DNA from: Candidatus Dojkabacteria bacterium
Lineage (GTDB): Bacteria; Patescibacteriota; Dojkabacteria; J137
NCBI GenBank assembly: GCA_025993875.1
Contig: JAMQHH010000014.1
Span: forward strand, 8,009 to 72,008
Length of the DNA stretch: 64,000 nucleotides
Direction of reading: 5' to 3'
Shown: positions 55,721 to 64,000 of the stretch, piece by piece
Layout: each line of letters begins with the position of its first letter
How positions within the stretch are numbered: position 1 is the first letter of the stretch
Program-made: the position numbers and the translations under genes
Notes under the pieces: generated by a model
Told to the model about the DNA's origin: nothing
The model's database searches: none
Seen by the model: only the letters and a program-made list of their open reading frames with translations

Positions 55721-58702
55721 ATGGCAACAGATTATATCAAAATTAGGGGAGCCAGGACAAACAATTTAAAGAATATCGATTTGGATATTCCGAAAGAAGA
55801 ATTAACCGTAATAACAGGGCTATCCGGCTCGGGAAAATCCTCACTTGCATTCGACACACTGTATGCCGAAGGTCAAAGAAGATACGTAGAGTCACTTTCC
55901 TCCTATGCAAGGCAGTTTTTAGGGCTTATGGATAAACCCGATGTTGATTTAATTGAAGGACTCTCCCCTGCTATTTCGATCGATCAAAAAAGTGCGGGCC
56001 ACAATCCTCGCTCTACTGTTGGGACCGTTACCGAAATTTACGACTATCTAAGGCTTTTGTATGCAAGGGTAGGACATCCTAGAAGTACCTTTAACGGAAA
56101 TCTTTTACAAAAGCAAACACCGCAGCAAATTGTCGATTCACTTTTTGATCTTCCAAAGGAGTTTAGTACATCCGAACTCAAAATTATTATTTTGGCTCCA
56201 ATAATAAAAAATCGTAAAGGAACATACGAAGAGCTATTTGCAAGATATTTATCGCAGGGATATGTTAGAGCAAGAGTCGATGGTGAGATTTTTAATTTAG
56301 AAGAGGAAATTAAACTTGAGAAATTTAAAAAACATAATATCGATTTAGTTGTAGACAGGCTTGTTTTAAAGACCGATAAAACAAAAGAACAGCTTAAAAG
56401 AGTTACCGATTCTATTGAGCTCGCACTTAATATGGGTCAGGGAGAGATACTTGTAAATTTTCCGGACTTAAAAGAGACAAAGGATAAGTTTTATTCCGAA
56501 AAATTGGTTGACCCCGAAACAGGAGAATCTTTTTTGGAAGTAGAACCTCATTCATTTTCTTTTAATTCGCCGCATGGAGCGTGCCCAAACTGTAATGGTC
56601 TTGGAACAATTAAAGAGATAGACGAAACAAATATTTATAATCCAAGATTAACAATTTTAGAAGGCGGCATTTACCCATGGGCAAGAGTTATAGAATCTAC
56701 CGACTCTATGACCTATAAAATTTTAGAAATATTTGCCAGAGAAGAAAATATCTCCCTTAAATCGCCAATTAGAGAGCTTCCTAAAAGTGATTTGGAAAAA
56801 GTTTTGTATGGAAATGGTGATAAAAAATATACCTGGGAGTTTTTAGACTCTTACGGACAGCCAAAAAAATGGAGTTCGATCTTTGAAGGTGTAATTCCAA
56901 ACCTGGAAAGAAGATATAAAGAAACAGATTCGGAATACATAAGATCCGAAATTGAGCAGTACATGGTAGAGAAGGTTTGCAATGTTTGCAATGGTTTTAG
57001 ACTTAAAAGAGAATCTCTGGCTGTTACAATAAAAGGTAAAAATATAGCGGATGTTTGCGAGCTTAGTATAAACGAACTTTTTCTTTGGATAAACCAATTG
57101 GATAGTAGTTCGATCAAAATTCCAGACAATAAAACATCTATTTATTTTAAAACTTTTGGATTTATACCGCCTTTAATCGAAAAAGATATTTTATCTAACC
57201 AGGAGCTGACTATTTCCAAACAGATAGTTAAAGAAATCTCTACAAGATTAAATTTTTTGCTTTCCGTGGGGCTAAATTATCTTACATTAAGTAGAACTGC
57301 CAGAACATTATCGGGAGGCGAAGCTCAAAGAATTAGGCTTGCCTCTCAAATAGGAACAGGTTTAACAGGAGTTTTGTATGTACTTGATGAACCGTCAATT
57401 GGGCTGCACCAGCGAGACAACAGCAAATTAATATCAACTCTTTTTAAATTAAAGGAATTAGGAAACACAGTTGTAGTTGTTGAACACGATGAGGATACAA
57501 TAAAAAATGCCGATTACATAGTCGATATAGGTCCCGGAGCCGGCGAACATGGAGGTAACGTTGTTGCTGTTGGTAGTTTGGACGAGGTAAAAAAGTCCAA
57601 AGAGTCTTTAACTGCAAAATATTTAACAGGTAAGCTAAAAATTGATAGAGATGAAATTTATAAGGAGATACAAAAAATAGATTCAATAAAAGCCGGCTCT
57701 ATTAAGAATACGGGGAAAATTGTTTTAAGAGGTGTAAAACATCATAATTTAAAAAATGTTGATTTAGAAGTTCCGCTTGGTAAAATGGTTTGCGTTACAG
57801 GTGTTTCGGGTTCGGGGAAATCGTCTTTAATAAACGAAGTTTTGTACCGGATTTTAAGTAAAGAACTTTACGGTAGCAAGGAAATTCCCGGTGAATATAC
57901 CGAGTTTCGCGGAATTGAAAATATAGATAAGGTAATAGATATTGATCAGTCTCCAATCGGAAGAACTCCTAGGTCTAATCCGGCAACATATACTGGGGTA
58001 TTTAATATTATTCGCGAAATCTTTGCGCAAACAAAAGAATCTAAAGTGCGAGGATATAATGCCGGAAGATTTAGCTTTAACGTAAAGGGTGGACGGTGCG
58101 AAAAATGTCAAGGTGCAGGGGTAAACAGAATTTCAATGCAATTTTTACCGGATGTTTATGTTACATGTGATGAGTGTGAAGGCCATAGATATAACAGGGA
58201 AACACTTCAAATCGATTATAAAGGGAAAAATATTTATGATGTTTTAAATATGACAGTTGAAGAAGGGGTTGAATTTTTTAGTAACATTTCAGCAATAGGA
58301 AACAAGCTAAAAACATTAATGGATGTTGGACTTGGGTATATTAAACTTGGACAGGGTGCTACTACATTATCGGGTGGAGAATCACAGAGAGTAAAACTTG
58401 CTTCTGAACTTGCAAAAAGGCAAACAGGAAAAACATTTTACATTTTAGACGAACCTACCACGGGACTGCATTTTGAAGATGTGCGAAAACTTTTAGTAGT
58501 TCTTCATGGTCTGGTTTTAAAAGGCAATTCTGTTTTAGTAATAGAACATAATTTAGATGTGATAAAAACCGCCGACTGGATAATAGATTTAGGGCCTGAA
58601 GGTGGCGAAAAAGGCGGCTATATTATTGCCGAAGGAACGCCAAAAGATATTTCAGAAAATAAAGATAGCTTTACCGGCGAATGGTTAAAAAAACTACTGT
58701 AG
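55721..58702 (+). CDS. uvrA: Excinuclease ABC subunit A
   Basis: 993 aa. Two ABC modules (GLSGSGKSSLAFDT; GVSGSGKSSLINEV), the signature LSGGEAQRIRLA / LSGGESQRVKLA, and zinc-finger cysteines (CPNCNG, CEKCQG, CDEC). Confidence 0.95.
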   Translation: MATDYIKIRGARTNNLKNIDLDIPKEELTVITGLSGSGKSSLAFDTLYAEGQRRYVESLSSYARQFLGLMDKPDVDLIEGLSPAISIDQKSAGHNPRSTVGTVTEIYDYLRLLYARVGHPRSTFNGNLLQKQTPQQIVDSLFDLPKEFSTSELKIIILAPIIKNRKGTYEELFARYLSQGYVRARVDGEIFNLEEEIKLEKFKKHNIDLVVDRLVLKTDKTKEQLKRVTDSIELALNMGQGEILVNFPDLKETKDKFYSEKLVDPETGESFLEVEPHSFSFNSPHGACPNCNGLGTIKEIDETNIYNPRLTILEGGIYPWARVIESTDSMTYKILEIFAREENISLKSPIRELPKSDLEKVLYGNGDKKYTWEFLDSYGQPKKWSSIFEGVIPNLERRYKETDSEYIRSEIEQYMVEKVCNVCNGFRLKRESLAVTIKGKNIADVCELSINELFLWINQLDSSSIKIPDNKTSIYFKTFGFIPPLIEKDILSNQELTISKQIVKEISTRLNFLLSVGLNYLTLSRTARTLSGGEAQRIRLASQIGTGLTGVLYVLDEPSIGLHQRDNSKLISTLFKLKELGNTVVVVEHDEDTIKNADYIVDIGPGAGEHGGNVVAVGSLDEVKKSKESLTAKYLTGKLKIDRDEIYKEIQKIDSIKAGSIKNTGKIVLRGVKHHNLKNVDLEVPLGKMVCVTGVSGSGKSSLINEVLYRILSKELYGSKEIPGEYTEFRGIENIDKVIDIDQSPIGRTPRSNPATYTGVFNIIREIFAQTKESKVRGYNAGRFSFNVKGGRCEKCQGAGVNRISMQFLPDVYVTCDECEGHRYNRETLQIDYKGKNIYDVLNMTVEEGVEFFSNISAIGNKLKTLMDVGLGYIKLGQGATTLSGGESQRVKLASELAKRQTGKTFYILDEPTTGLHFEDVRKLLVVLHGLVLKGNSVLVIEHNLDVIKTADWIIDLGPEGGEKGGYIIAEGTPKDISENKDSFTGEWLKKLL

Positions 58703-58706
58703 TTTA

Positions 58707-60203
58707 TTATTCTAAAGTATTGATTACCCAATCTAGTAGAATTTGATCAGTTTGATCGGGTTTTGAAATATTCTTAATCATAGCACTCAATAAGAGGTTA
58801 AAATTTTCTTGTGCAAGTTTTAGAATTAGCTCAATAACATCCTGGAATGGGCGCATTTGATCTGGTTTATCTGCCTGCAGATGTGGGGTTTGTGTTGGGA
58901 GTTTCAAAAATGGGTATAGTAGATTATCGTGTTGCTGCAGAGGTGTAAAAAAACCGTGGCAAAACCATACTTTATATTTAACAAAAAGCTGGATAAAAAC
59001 CAGTTTACGGCAAAACATTGTTAGCTTATTTATACTGCGGTTAACAAAGTATAAATCAAATCCCGAACGGCCATTAGCGGATTTTGTTGAGATTGCTTCA
59101 TTAGAGTTAATAACAACCACACTTCCTCCCATGTATGTTTTAAATTCTAAAATATATTCCAGAATTTTAGGGCGAATATTAAGAGAAAAGTTTTGGAGTA
59201 ACAAATCAAATGTATCTCTATAGGTAGTCAGTATAATAAATAATGCTACTCTCGGGCTATGGCTTGGGACTATTTTCCCGTTTTCGTAAACAACAATAAA
59301 TTCCCCTTTCTCTATTTGTTCTAACTTTTCCTCAATTGATTTTCGAAGGTATGCAATTTTGCTTGGCGAGGATTCGTTATCCGGCCAACATGTTTCCTTT
59401 AAAATTGAGCTAATTGTTACCTCTTCGCCATTATCTTGTAACCTAACAAGTGCAATTGCTAAGCTTTTTTCCTCGGGCGAGAGACACTTTAAAAACTCAT
59501 CAAAAGATGAAAGACCTGTCAACACCTCGGCTTGCTGTGAAAGAAGGCTTTGGCGAGGAGGTTTATCGTTGTCATTATTTGAATATCCGGGATTTGTTAA
59601 TGCTTCTATTATTCTAGAGATCAACTTCGAAAATCGCGTATTTTTCCAGCCAGGCAGCTTTTGTATAATTTCTTTGCTCGAGAGCAATTTGTAACCAGAT
59701 TCGGAGGTGAAGTTTTCAAACACAGCTATTAAAGCTTCGCTTTCGTTCTCCTTTAGATCAACAATGCCTAAAATCCTGTCCAAAAACAATCTTAGTGTAG
59801 CTTGCGTTGGCAAAGTTGCACCGCAAAAATCTAAATAAATTTCTACTAAAGTAAACACGTTGCTCCCTTCTTGTTGCGCATGGTAGAGCTCCCGAAATGC
59901 TCTAAAAATCAGTTCCAGCCTTGTTCTGAAAATTTTATATGGCTCATCATAATGTTTAAATAATTTAGTGACATTTTCTAGTCTGGTAAGTGCCAGCTGC
60001 ACTCTGGTTCTAAAATGCTTTGGATCTAGATTTTCACAGGCAGCATAGAAATTAAAATTGACCGGAAAGCCAAACTGTCTAAATAAATCATATGCAATTG
60101 CTAAAATTATTTGATCTTTAATTCCTACTTTCAAAAACGAAGCTTGAATTTGAGGGTCTCTAAAATCCAATTTATTCTCCGGTATATCAATTGTACTATC
60201 CAT
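58707..60203 (-). CDS. Hypothetical protein (498 aa)
   Basis: A long ORF convergent on uvrA with a 4-nt gap. No recognisable motif. Predominantly helical by composition. Confidence 0.4.
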   Translation of the reverse strand: MDSTIDIPENKLDFRDPQIQASFLKVGIKDQIILAIAYDLFRQFGFPVNFNFYAACENLDPKHFRTRVQLALTRLENVTKLFKHYDEPYKIFRTRLELIFRAFRELYHAQQEGSNVFTLVEIYLDFCGATLPTQATLRLFLDRILGIVDLKENESEALIAVFENFTSESGYKLLSSKEIIQKLPGWKNTRFSKLISRIIEALTNPGYSNNDNDKPPRQSLLSQQAEVLTGLSSFDEFLKCLSPEEKSLAIALVRLQDNGEEVTISSILKETCWPDNESSPSKIAYLRKSIEEKLEQIEKGEFIVVYENGKIVPSHSPRVALFIILTTYRDTFDLLLQNFSLNIRPKILEYILEFKTYMGGSVVVINSNEAISTKSANGRSGFDLYFVNRSINKLTMFCRKLVFIQLFVKYKVWFCHGFFTPLQQHDNLLYPFLKLPTQTPHLQADKPDQMRPFQDVIELILKLAQENFNLLLSAMIKNISKPDQTDQILLDWVINTLE

Positions 60204-60248
60204 CCTTGTATCCTAAAATAGACGCAGGATGTTACCATTTAGTTTGAC

Positions 60249-62144
60249 TTAAGCCAAGCCCATTTTCTGTTTAGCATAGTCCGTTAAGTTTTCTCTTTTA
60301 GACCAGTCTCGCTCTGTTTTCGTTAAATACTGTTTTCTAAGTCTAAGGTTTTTGGGCGTTACTTCTAATATTTCGTCTTTTGCTAAAAAAAGTAAAGCAT
60401 ACTCCAATGTTAAATTTTTTACAGCCTTTAGTATTGTCTGTGTAATTTCATCGTGTTTTATTCTAACGCCACTTTTGTGTCTTTCCTTGCATGGGTTAAC
60501 TTCCAAATCATTTTCATATTTATGGATTCCTATAATCATTCCTTCGTAAACCTCGGCCCCCGGTTCTATAAAAAGTTCTCCTCTTTCCTGAATTGTATTT
60601 AAAGCGTAACCCATAGCCGTCCCTGTTTCGGAAGAGATTAAAACTCCTTTTCTAAAGAGTTCTTCCTGCTCAGTATAAGCTACATATCCTAAAAGGAAAT
60701 TGTTGACAACAGCATTACCTTTGGTAGCAGTTAATAATTGATTTCTTAAGCCTAAAAGATTGCGGGTTAAGATGTTGTAAGTAAAAACAACCTGATTATT
60801 TTCCAAACTCATATCTTTTAGTTCGGCTTTTCTTTCGTTTACAAGCATAGAAACAACACCCTGGTATTCCTCGGGAACATCTATAATCAACTCTTCCAAC
60901 GGCTCTTTTTTTATTCCATCTTCTTCTATAAAAATTACTTCGGGCTTTCTAACCTGAAACTCGTAACCCTCCCTTCTCATTGTTTCAATTAAGATTGAAA
61001 GCTGGAGCTCTCCCCTTCCTGCAACGTAATATGCTCCCCCGTCGGTCTTGTCTATTACTAAACTTATGTTGTTTTCGGCTTCTTTATCTAACCGTTGTTG
61101 TAAAAGTTTGGCCGTAACAAATTTACCTTCTTTCCCGACAAGTGGTGATGTGTTTGCTTCAAATTTTATTTTTACTGACGGGTTAGAAATTTTAATAACG
61201 GGAAGGGCTTCAATATTGGATGGTGAACAAAGTGTTCCCCCAATAGCTTTAGAATCTATTCCCGCAACTGCTACTATTTCGCCAGCTTTGGCGCTTTCTA
61301 CTTCTTTATAGGTTAAACCTTCCCATAAATATAGCTTTTTAATTACACCCGAGTCTTTTGCAGCTCCTATTTCGGGAGAATGCACAACAACTGCAGAACT
61401 CCCTGTGGAAATTTTACCGCGAACTACTTTTCCTACTAAAAGCCTCCCTAAATGAGGATTAAAATCTAAAGAAGAAATTTGCATTTGCAATGATTTATCA
61501 GAATCAAATTTAGGCTCGGGGATATGTTTTATTATCCCTTCCAAAAGTGGCTTTATATTTCCCAGAGTCGAGTTCGGAATTGTTAAATCACCTTCGGGAA
61601 GTTTTTCGAAAGCCTTTCCCTCTCTTCCTATTGCATAGTAAACAGGAAATTCAAGCTGGTTATCTTCTGTTGCTAGATGTAAAAATAAATCACTTACTTT
61701 TTCGAGCGCTTTTTTGGGATTTGCAAATTTTTTATCAATTTTATTGATTACAACTATAACTTTTAGGCCAAGTTCCAAAGCTTTTCTCAAAACAAACTTT
61801 GTTTGAGGCATTGTTCCTTCCTGGGCATCTACTAAAAGCAGGCAGCCTTCGGCCATATTTAACGTTCTTTCAACTTCTCCTCCAAAATCGGCATGCCCTG
61901 GTGTATCTATTATATTTATTTTGTATTCGTTTCCGTCTTGTGCTGTGTATTTTACCGAGATATTCTTAGCTCTTATTGTAATACCTTTTTCCCGCTCCAG
62001 TTCGTCAGAGTCTAAAATCATTTCTTGCTTAAATTCTTCCTGATTTTCTCTAAATACATTTGTCTGTTTTAAAAAGGCATCGACAAGTGTAGTTTTCCCA
62101 TGGTCTACATGGGCGATTATTGCTATGTTTCTTAAATTTTCCAT
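60249..62144 (-). CDS. typA: Translational GTPase TypA/BipA
   Basis: 631 aa. The G-domain NIAIIAHVDHGKTTLVD...DTPGHADFGGEVER...NKID and the EF-G-like domain architecture with a BipA C-terminus. Confidence 0.9.
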   Translation of the reverse strand: MENLRNIAIIAHVDHGKTTLVDAFLKQTNVFRENQEEFKQEMILDSDELEREKGITIRAKNISVKYTAQDGNEYKINIIDTPGHADFGGEVERTLNMAEGCLLLVDAQEGTMPQTKFVLRKALELGLKVIVVINKIDKKFANPKKALEKVSDLFLHLATEDNQLEFPVYYAIGREGKAFEKLPEGDLTIPNSTLGNIKPLLEGIIKHIPEPKFDSDKSLQMQISSLDFNPHLGRLLVGKVVRGKISTGSSAVVVHSPEIGAAKDSGVIKKLYLWEGLTYKEVESAKAGEIVAVAGIDSKAIGGTLCSPSNIEALPVIKISNPSVKIKFEANTSPLVGKEGKFVTAKLLQQRLDKEAENNISLVIDKTDGGAYYVAGRGELQLSILIETMRREGYEFQVRKPEVIFIEEDGIKKEPLEELIIDVPEEYQGVVSMLVNERKAELKDMSLENNQVVFTYNILTRNLLGLRNQLLTATKGNAVVNNFLLGYVAYTEQEELFRKGVLISSETGTAMGYALNTIQERGELFIEPGAEVYEGMIIGIHKYENDLEVNPCKERHKSGVRIKHDEITQTILKAVKNLTLEYALLFLAKDEILEVTPKNLRLRKQYLTKTERDWSKRENLTDYAKQKMGLA

Positions 62145-62153
62145 AGTTTAAAA

Positions 62154-63389
62154 CTAATATCTACCGGAATATCTATGTCCCGCAAAGCCTTCCACAAATG
62201 TTAAAGCTTTTCCTTTTTTATTTGCTCTTCCCGTTCTTCCAATTCGGTGTACGTAATCCTCGTATGTTGCCGGCATATCATAATTAATAACATGCGATAC
62301 TTCCGGGATATCTAATCCTCGAGCTGCAATATCTGTAGCAATTAAAACCTTGCTTACATTATTTTTAAAGTTGTATATCGACCTTTGCCTAATACTTTGG
62401 GGCTTATCACCATGAATAGTCGAAACCTTTACTCCTCTTTTTATTAAATCTCTTTCAAGCCTATCTACACCACTTTTGGTCTTTACAAAAATTAAAACTT
62501 TCGAAAATTCTGCTGTGTTTAACAACTCAGTTAGTTTATCGAGTTTTTCTACAATACTTTGAACCTTAATTACATCCTGGCTTACACTCTTTGCAGTCTC
62601 GCGCGCTTTTACCGAGATGACCTTGTGTTCTCCCAAAAACTCGTTGATTAAACCCTTAACTTCGGAATTAATTGTTGCCGAAAAAAATAGTGTTTGCTTT
62701 TCTTTCGGCATTTTGCCGACAATATATTTTATATCGTCAATAAAACCCATATCCAGCATTCTATCCACTTCGTCCAAGACAAGATACGAAGCGTTATCGA
62801 GTCTTAGTGTTTTTCTAAAAAGAAGATCTTTAATTCTTCCGGGTGTTCCTATAATAAATTGGTGTGGTTTTGTTAAAAAGTGTATCTGTGTTCTAATATT
62901 TGCTCCACCAATGCATAGTACAGAGAAAAGCCCTGTGCCTTTACCAAAACTCTTAAATTCCTCGTTAATTTGTAATGCAAGTTCGCGAGTTGGACAAATT
63001 ACAACTACCTTTTTACTTCGATTTTGCAAAACTTTTTCCAAAAGCGGTATAGCAAATGCTGCGGTTTTCCCTGTTCCTGTATTGGCCAGACCTAAAACAT
63101 TATGTCCCGAAAGAATTTCGGGAATTGCAGCATCCTGAATAGGAGTTGGTTCGCTATATCCTTTTCCCATAACATTCTCCTTTATCCTGCTTGAAACATT
63201 AAAATCGCTAAAAAGATGTTTTGGAGTAAATACTTCTTGTTTTTCCTCCTCTTGCGGCTCATTATTTATTAGTCTAGAAATATCCAACCCTTTTGATTTT
63301 CGTCTAGAAAATCTGTTGCTGGACCTTCTAAATGGAGGTCTGCTGTATCTTCCACTAAACCTGGAATTTGACGGTCTACTAGAAACCAT
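62154..63389 (-). CDS. DEAD-box ATP-dependent RNA helicase
   Basis: The motifs Q, I (ANTGTGKTAAF), Ia (PTRELA), Ib (TPGR), II (DEVD), III (SAT), and VI (HRIGRTGR) are present. An Arg/Ser-rich N-terminal tail. Confidence 0.85.
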   Translation of the reverse strand: MVSSRPSNSRFSGRYSRPPFRRSSNRFSRRKSKGLDISRLINNEPQEEEKQEVFTPKHLFSDFNVSSRIKENVMGKGYSEPTPIQDAAIPEILSGHNVLGLANTGTGKTAAFAIPLLEKVLQNRSKKVVVICPTRELALQINEEFKSFGKGTGLFSVLCIGGANIRTQIHFLTKPHQFIIGTPGRIKDLLFRKTLRLDNASYLVLDEVDRMLDMGFIDDIKYIVGKMPKEKQTLFFSATINSEVKGLINEFLGEHKVISVKARETAKSVSQDVIKVQSIVEKLDKLTELLNTAEFSKVLIFVKTKSGVDRLERDLIKRGVKVSTIHGDKPQSIRQRSIYNFKNNVSKVLIATDIAARGLDIPEVSHVINYDMPATYEDYVHRIGRTGRANKKGKALTFVEGFAGHRYSGRY

Positions 63390-63539
63390 AAGTTTGTTAT
63401 AATAATTACAATGGTTGAAATCTAGAAGTTTTATTTTTACTTCCGGAGTTCAAATACTCCAGAAATAACGCCTTTAACCAAAGGATTCTGGAGACTGAAC
63501 ATTGTAGCATAAAAAGTTTATTTTTTCAAATTCAATGAA

Positions 63540-64000
63540 ATGCTAGAGTCGCAAATTACCGGCAGGCAACTGGTTTTATTAATGCTTATGAGCATGCTTC
63601 CGGATAATAGTGGCTTTGAAAATCGTACAACAGATACATCTAACATTGAGTTTTTAGATACAAGTCGAAAAGCAAAAAGTATATTTGATGACGGTTTTTC
63701 GGGAAGATATAATCAAATAGATTTGGCAGTCGAATTTGATAACCCAGGTAAAAGTATAGAGTTTCCTGCTCTATCAGAAAACATATCGCAAAGAAATATG
63801 GCAGTGCAGTCTATGAGTATTTTGTGGAGAGTCATAGAATTGCGGGATAAACATGTTATAGATAATAAAGCAGACTTCGTAAGAGCTGCAGTAGATAAAT
63901 TTAACTATGAGCTTTCGTTACTATATAGCACTCAAAAATGGAATCGGTTGTTTACTAATATCTTTACCGAGGATGGAATTCCTATTCTTAAATTTGAAAA
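63540..64000 (+). CDS. Partial CDS (5' end) of a hypothetical protein, open to the window edge
   Basis: ATG at 63540 gives MLESQITGRQLVLLMLMSMLPDNSGFENRTT... with no stop before position 64000. Confidence 0.35.
   Translation, partial: MLESQITGRQLVLLMLMSMLPDNSGFENRTTDTSNIEFLDTSRKAKSIFDDGFSGRYNQIDLAVEFDNPGKSIEFPALSENISQRNMAVQSMSILWRVIELRDKHVIDNKADFVRAAVDKFNYELSLLYSTQKWNRLFTNIFTEDGIPILKFE

Overview
This is an AT-rich (roughly 30-35% GC by eye), gene-dense bacterial chromosomal segment read with the standard genetic code. It is dominated by housekeeping genes: ssb, miaA, mnmA, rnhA, pgk, serS, glyQS, ddl, murF-like, ahcY, lysS, uvrA, typA, a DEAD-box helicase, and a fused zwf-gnd. There are two tRNAs, Gly-CCC and Cys-GCA. 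The gene content, the fused enzymes, the archaeal-type dimeric GlyRS and the many secreted or surface hypotheticals suggest a small-genome, possibly episymbiotic lineage such as CPR/Patescibacteria; this is inference. Non-housekeeping content worth attention: (1) a four-gene minus-strand operon of a PLP fold-II enzyme, a membrane-anchored SAM methyltransferase, an ATP-grasp ligase and an NlpC/P60-like protein, which looks like a small-molecule or amide-conjugate biosynthetic module; (2) a putative exopolysaccharide module of a processive GT2 synthase with QxxRW motif, an HlyD-like adaptor and a GH81-like beta-1,3-glucanase, next to a 959-aa repeat-rich fibrous surface protein; (3) a T-box-like leader with intrinsic terminator that is separated from its likely target glyQS by a frameshifted RAYT/IS200-like Y1 transposase; (4) a P-loop ATPase with a C-terminal OmpR-type winged helix, flanked by two tandem paralogous unknown proteins; (5) a GC-richer two-gene islet 3' of tRNA-Gly encoding a secreted GH16/ConA-like protein; (6) a UvrD-like helicase fused to a Cas4/AddB-like Fe-S nuclease. 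No CRISPR array or rRNA was seen. All product calls rest on motif recognition by eye; no database search could be run.
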